64,000 nt of DNA from the human T2T-CHM13v2.0 reference genome, Homo sapiens, in assembly GCF_009914755.1 (NCBI RefSeq), contig NC_060937.1. The stretch is one strand, 5' to 3'. The notes beneath the pieces were generated by a model. That model was not told the DNA's origin. It searched no databases and worked only from the letters and a program-made list of their open reading frames with translations. A program made the position numbers and the translations under genes. This document shows positions 58,107-64,000 of this stretch, piece by piece. Numbering within the stretch: position 1 is the stretch's first letter; each line of letters starts with the position of its first letter.

Positions 58107-58187
58107 TTAAACTACACACAATTTGCTAATATTTTAAAAGGTACTTTTCACAGTGGGAAAAGTGTTTTTAATACTAAAAAATCAAGA

Positions 58188-58240
58188 GCCACCTTTCAGA
58201 TGAGGAAACTAAGGTTCAGATAGCATCAAATACTTATGTT
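58188..58240. mobile_element. MIR core fragment
   Basis: ttcagatgaggaaactaaggttcaga. Confidence 0.55.
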
Positions 58241-59051
58241 CTACAATATAATGTTACTTCTAACATAAATTAAGGTTTAGCTTTAACCGTAGCTATTCTT
58301 TCTTGTCCTTCAAAATACAATTTAATAATTACTTTTTACATGAAGTCTTTTCTCAATTTTATTTCTTCTCATTCTATCTTTTCATGATGGAATACTAAAT
58401 GATAATAGAAATGTTTATATTTTAAATTCTAATCATATTGCACGCATTCTGATAAGCACTTACCTTCTATTATGGCAGTTAGCCTTAGTAACGTTAAATT
58501 TGATTGCTTTCATGTCATATATTGATTAAAAGATTAAATCAATGAATTGATTGCTAATTATTTGTTATCCCAAATTTATATAAAACCTAATACATCTTTT
58601 TACATGAGTTGATGGTGGCTAACCATTCTTACAAACACAAAGAGATGGGAAAGTATATTAGAATCCCAAAGAATCCTTCTTTGAACTCATTATAGAGACC
58701 ACATTGTTTGCCAGCTGGGCCAATATTTGTGAACTGTGATTCAGAAGGGAAAAGAAGGATCGAGGAGGCCCTTTCTGAATTTAATTTGCAAGATTTAATA
58801 TGTCTGAAATAGCCTGTCATATGATTCTAGTCATGTGGTGAAAGATGACTTGAGACAACAAAAGAGCAAAAAGAAGCAGAATAGTCAAAAACAGAAAAAA
58901 AAATTGCTGTCAGGAATCAGGGTTGGGACTGAGGTGTTTTGGGGTCTTAGCTACACTGTCCTTCCTGTGGTTTAGTTACGTGAGCCAATAAATTATTCTT
59001 ACTGCCTTTTTACATAAGCCAACATATCTTCAATTTTGCACTGGCAAAGAG

Positions 59052-59334
59052 TTTGAGATACGTTATCACTCTGTCTCCCAGGCTGGAGTTCAGTGGCGTG
59101 ATCATGGCTCACTGAAACCTCCCCCTCCCAGGCTCAAGCCATCCTCCCGCCTTAGTCTCCTGAGTAGCTGAAGTACAGGTGTGCACCACCATGCCTGGCT
59201 AATTTTTGTATTTTTTGTAGAGATGGGGTTTTGCCGTGTTGCCCAGGCTGCTCTCAAACTCCTGAGCCCAAGCAATCCACCCATCTCGGCCTCCCAAAGT
59301 GCTGGGATTAGAGGTGTGTGCCATCGCACCTGGC
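59052..59334 (-). mobile_element. AluJ, almost tail-less
   Basis: gatcatggctcactg, caggctcaagccatcctccc and ctcctgagcccaagcaatcc. Confidence 0.92.
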
Positions 59335-60294
59335 TGAGTTGTGCTTCTTTTTATTATCAAAAAGAGAAAAAAAGAGATCTGATAAAGATGTCTCCAGTTC
59401 TTATGAGAGTACTTTTCTAACATTTTTAAATACTGTATTTGTCTTTTATAATTAAAGTCCACAAATTGTATTGTCTTGTCCCAATCAACATTTTTTAGGG
59501 TGCCATGTAACACAATTCACTGATAGTTAATAATTGCTGATGTTGCCGCCCACTATAGTTTTTTCCAAATAATAAAAACTAACATTTTAAAATAGAATTG
59601 TGTTTTTTGTAATAAAAACCAACAGCTAGTCATCTTACCCCACCACCAAGTTGATAATTAAATATTTGTGTCAATTTGCAAGGTATTTCATAATTGACTT
59701 ATTTTTTTACTCACCCATGTATAAATTTTAACCATGTAAAACTATAAGAAAGATTTTCATTAGATACATATTAACTTTATAATTCATGTAGAAAATTGGT
59801 GACAGGAAACAATATGCTTATTTTAATAGTAGAGGAATTGAAAGTCAAACAATAAATGTGAACTTCATTTACAGTTAAGGCAGAAATATCAGTAGAAAAT
59901 TACAATTTGTATTTTGTTACCTGTTAATTATATATCAGTAAAAGAGATGTGGTATATTTTAGGATATTTGGATCTTGAAGATAATGTTACAGACAATTTC
60001 CAGGACTTTCCAATAAAATTTCAGTCAATAATTTAAATACAGATACACATCTTTCTGTACAGGTAATGTGATCTGACAAAATTGCTTAAATTTCAGTTCC
60101 TGTATGTTTTTGTAAATTCTTGTATTTGACATAGCAAATGGAAAATTTTTGGTAACAGATAATTGCATGTCTTTTTGGATATGCATATTCTACTTGCCAT
60201 ATTTTACTACTAAAGTTTAAATATTATTAGTTTACCCATCAATGAGAAAAAGAGAACAATTAATTGAAATCGCCATTTACTTATTTTTCTCTAA

Positions 60295-60600
60295 CATTCT
60301 ACAAGAATTTACTGAGTAGATTTTTTGCTGGATCTGAGGGATAAATGGTTGAAAAAGACACATTTCTCTCCTTTATGGTGTGTTAAAAAAGCTAGAAGAA
60401 AAATTACAACGTAGTGTGATAAATGTAATAAATGAGAGCAGAGAGAGAGAGACAAAGAAGTAAAGCTTAAAAGGACACTGATTTAAACCTGGTGTAGGCA
60501 GCGCTAGCTTCACAGAGAAGGTGACACTTCAATTGTCTTGAAATCAAGCAAGTTTCCTTGGGAACTTTGGGGGAAAGAGAAGACAAATGGGAAGGATCCA
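60295..60600 (-). mobile_element. L2 3' fragment
   Basis: atttactgag...ggataaatggttgaaaaagaca and gcttcacagagaaggtgaca. Confidence 0.5.
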
Positions 60601-61732
60601 GAGAATGTTGTTTGAAATTGCTTTAATTAGATGGATATTTTATTCACTAGTACTAGAAGGAAGAAAGAATGAGTGTGGCATTGATGCATTTTTAGGTGAG
60701 GAGGGATGAGTGAAGATCCTTTGGTTTGCACTGTATATATCAGTTTTTTGGAAAAAAATGCAAGGAAGTGACCCAGAAGACTGCATATAACAATATGAAA
60801 TAATAGTTACATAATAATGATAAGGTCAGATAGCCTAAGCCCCAAAGTAGAATGAATTAATGAATTAATTAATTTGCAAGAAGCTAAAACAAGAACAAGA
60901 AATTGCATTGGCGTGTATCAAAGAACATAACCCCTGAGCCCCTGCCTCCCAGCCTGACCCAGCACATCCAGCCTTAGGACTGTACTAGCAATAGAAGGAT
61001 CAAATGTCCTCAGGGAAAAGCCAGTTTAAGTCCTGGCCATTTTATTGAAAAGATATGCAGATGTTCAGCACGACTCAAAGGGAGAAGTTAGATTGAAATA
61101 CTATATTTATCACAAGAAGAGGCTTTGATGGATTGAAATAAGCAATGCCAGCAATAGTTTCAGAAGCTAATGGTTATTTGCTCAATGTCTGAAGCAATCA
61201 AATGCTACCTTTGGAATTGCAATCTAAAAGGAAAGTAACTTCAACATGCTTAACTAATGGTGTCACTAATGACTAGTCAGAAATTTACTCTCATACTAAA
61301 GATCTTCAGGGTTTCTTGATAGTTTTTCCTAAAAATGTCAAATACTGTTTTTAATCTCTAGAGATCTATCCACCTGCTAAGAAATAAAAACGGAAAAGCT
61401 TCTTCCAATAAATCTCAAATATAATGAAAATCATAGTAGTGTAGGAGAAATTATTTACTTTTTATTTGGACTTGTAGAAAGTAGTTTTCTGTTGTTTGGT
61501 TTATTTTTGCCTGAAAGAGGTTCAAATACAACCCCTAGAGCCACATTTTAGAAGACTGCCATCAAAGGGAATCTGCAGGACAGTTCATATTTCTTTTAAA
61601 TTCTTTTAAATTGAACCCATATTCAAACACTTTATTGCTCCATAAATATCCAATGCTCTTTCTTTATTCTCGAACACCCAATCTGGGTATCTAAAAATAT
61701 GCCTCATTCTGGTCTATCAAATATGTGTAGCT

Positions 61733-62062
<330 letters not shown>

Positions 62063-64000
62063 TTACACCTCTTTGTATATTTGAATAAGTATGAGGAAAA
62101 ATTAGTGCCAGACATTTCCAATTGATTCAGTCTTCAGTGACGCATCAATTCTAAGTCTATATAGGGTAATTAAGATTTTGCTTTTTTTTGTAGTCTGCAC
62201 GTATTTTTAAAGGCAATTTTAGAGCAGTTGAGCACTTCAGCACTAATAGTACTCTTTTTCTTGACAATGCTTACCTTGACATTTCTAACAAGTGAGTGAA
62301 TGAATTATTTCTGCTAATATTCAAGTAATATCTCAGCATGATGAAAAAGATTCATGTTTAAGAACTTCCATGGAAATCTTTTAGATACCAGGTGGCTACA
62401 GTGATCACAGGTCTCTGCAGAAACAAAATGTTCACAGGTTAAATATGTAGGTAGGGCTCTCACCCATCCTTGATCTCTGCACTAGACTATTGATTTCATT
62501 AAGGATGCAGTATAGCCCAGAGTCTTTAAGCAAACACATTTTCCCCTTAAAAATCAAATAGAGGAATAGGCAAAGAATTCTCTTTCATCTATAAATTATG
62601 AAGCCAAGTTCAAGAAATTCAAACTACTTGAAAAGGAGTGTTTGATTTCTTATGTAATGAAATTGTAAAAAATAAAAATAAAAACTCAATGCAGACTTGC
62701 TCAAATGATGAGAACTTTAATATTTTTAATACAAACCCAGGACTCTACATGCAACTGTTATCTGGAAATGAATTGTAAGATGAACACATTATACAAGCAA
62801 TCAGCAGCAAAGCTTAATCTCAGAATAAATGTTCATTGACTACACTTTCTTTTCAGGAAAAACAAAATTACCATTATGCACACATACACACATACACACA
62901 CACAAACTTCTTTAAGCCAACATCTTTCTCACTGTCTTTTATCTGGCTGAGGGAAGAGATTGCTCTAAAAATGAGGAAACAAAAAAAAAATTTAAGTACG
63001 TGCTAAATTTCTTTCTTTTATTCTGTTTAATTTGAGAAATAGCAAATCTGTAGTCATTACTTACCTTTAAATGATTAAATGACAGTGCTGACAAAAATGA
63101 CTACTTTAATATATTAATAGACTAGTTTAATATAAAATAGTTTTATATCCTGAAAATATCCCCTTAGAAGACAGTATAAATTTGTTACTTTAAAGCCATT
63201 CACAATCTTTTTCACTCCTTTTTTCCCTACCTTTTAGGTGGCAAAATTAATATATCTACCTTCTCACGTGTGCACATATGATGGTCATATAAAAGAAATC
63301 TAGTCAAAAAAGAAAAGGTAAAAGTGCTTTAGTAGGACATTGTTCAAAATGCTTCTACCAAAAATAATAAAGATACATTTTTATTAAGAGAAAATGCTCT
63401 TTTTCTTTCCTGGAACTCAGACCCAAATGAAGAGTTACAGCACATCTCCTGTTTGTGATTGGAAAGTCACAGATGAATGACAAAAGAGCAGAAATGAAAA
63501 ATAAAAGAATATGTGCCCTTTGTGATCCATTTGAGCCTTGGGCAGCATATCTGTGAGCCTACTGCTTTAGCACCTAAACCTTACCTAAAGTTTAGATTTT
63601 AAAAATTTATAATTATTTGTGCTATTATAGAGTGTTCTCTGTTTGCTGTAAAAATGCAATTAACATTAAATGATATACTCCATAAATAGGAGGACCTTTC
63701 CTAAATTGAGCTATTACTTACTGCTTTCATTCAATTCTGCAGTAATGTTGGAAAAATCAGGATATAATTTTTTTGGCTTTTTAAAAACATTTTATAATTT
63801 GACACAAGCCTGCCACAATATTATGATCCCTTTCAGAGTTTCTTTTACGATAGGTGAGTCACTTAGACTTGTCAATTTTCTAGGAATAATTTCTCTACTA
63901 TTTTTACTGGGCTTGTACCTTCTTTCAAACACTCGCAATCTTTCACAAACCACACTCAAAACACTCTACGTGGGAGACAGGGAAGGAGAAAAATTAAACA

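Noticed and set aside
63210-63245. Splice-acceptor-like polypyrimidine tract plus AG (similar ones near 49500, 49615 and 50832)
   Set aside because: Such motifs are common by chance in AT-rich DNA, and no paired donor or reading frame supports an exon.

Overview
This is AT-rich primate DNA, most likely human, from an intergenic region or a deep intron. I find no protein-coding gene, RNA gene or CRISPR array. The ORF track is explained by Alu, L1 and LTR sequence or by chance. More than half of the window is fossil transposable elements: about 20 Alu/FLAM copies, L1 fragments of several ages, MaLR (MLT1, MST, THE1), ERV LTRs (MER52, LTR12, MER31/67-like, two LTR47-like), an ERV1 internal fragment, Tigger3, MADE1, L2 and MIR. 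Family calls come from my recall of consensus sequences, not from a RepeatMasker run, so subfamily labels are tentative. Five structures stand out. (1) Two four-layer nested insertions, one containing an LTR-int-LTR MLT1 provirus and a twin-primed L1. (2) A spacer-less 98-bp palindrome at 44756-44853. (3) Several short templated inverted-insertion scars, including a fold-back hairpin in an AluY. (4) An LTR12 promoter inserted into an Alu. (5) A unique CpG-retaining stretch rich in E-boxes near 50.5-50.9 kb that may be an enhancer. I see no evidence for a new biological system; the findings concern genome structure and candidate regulatory DNA.
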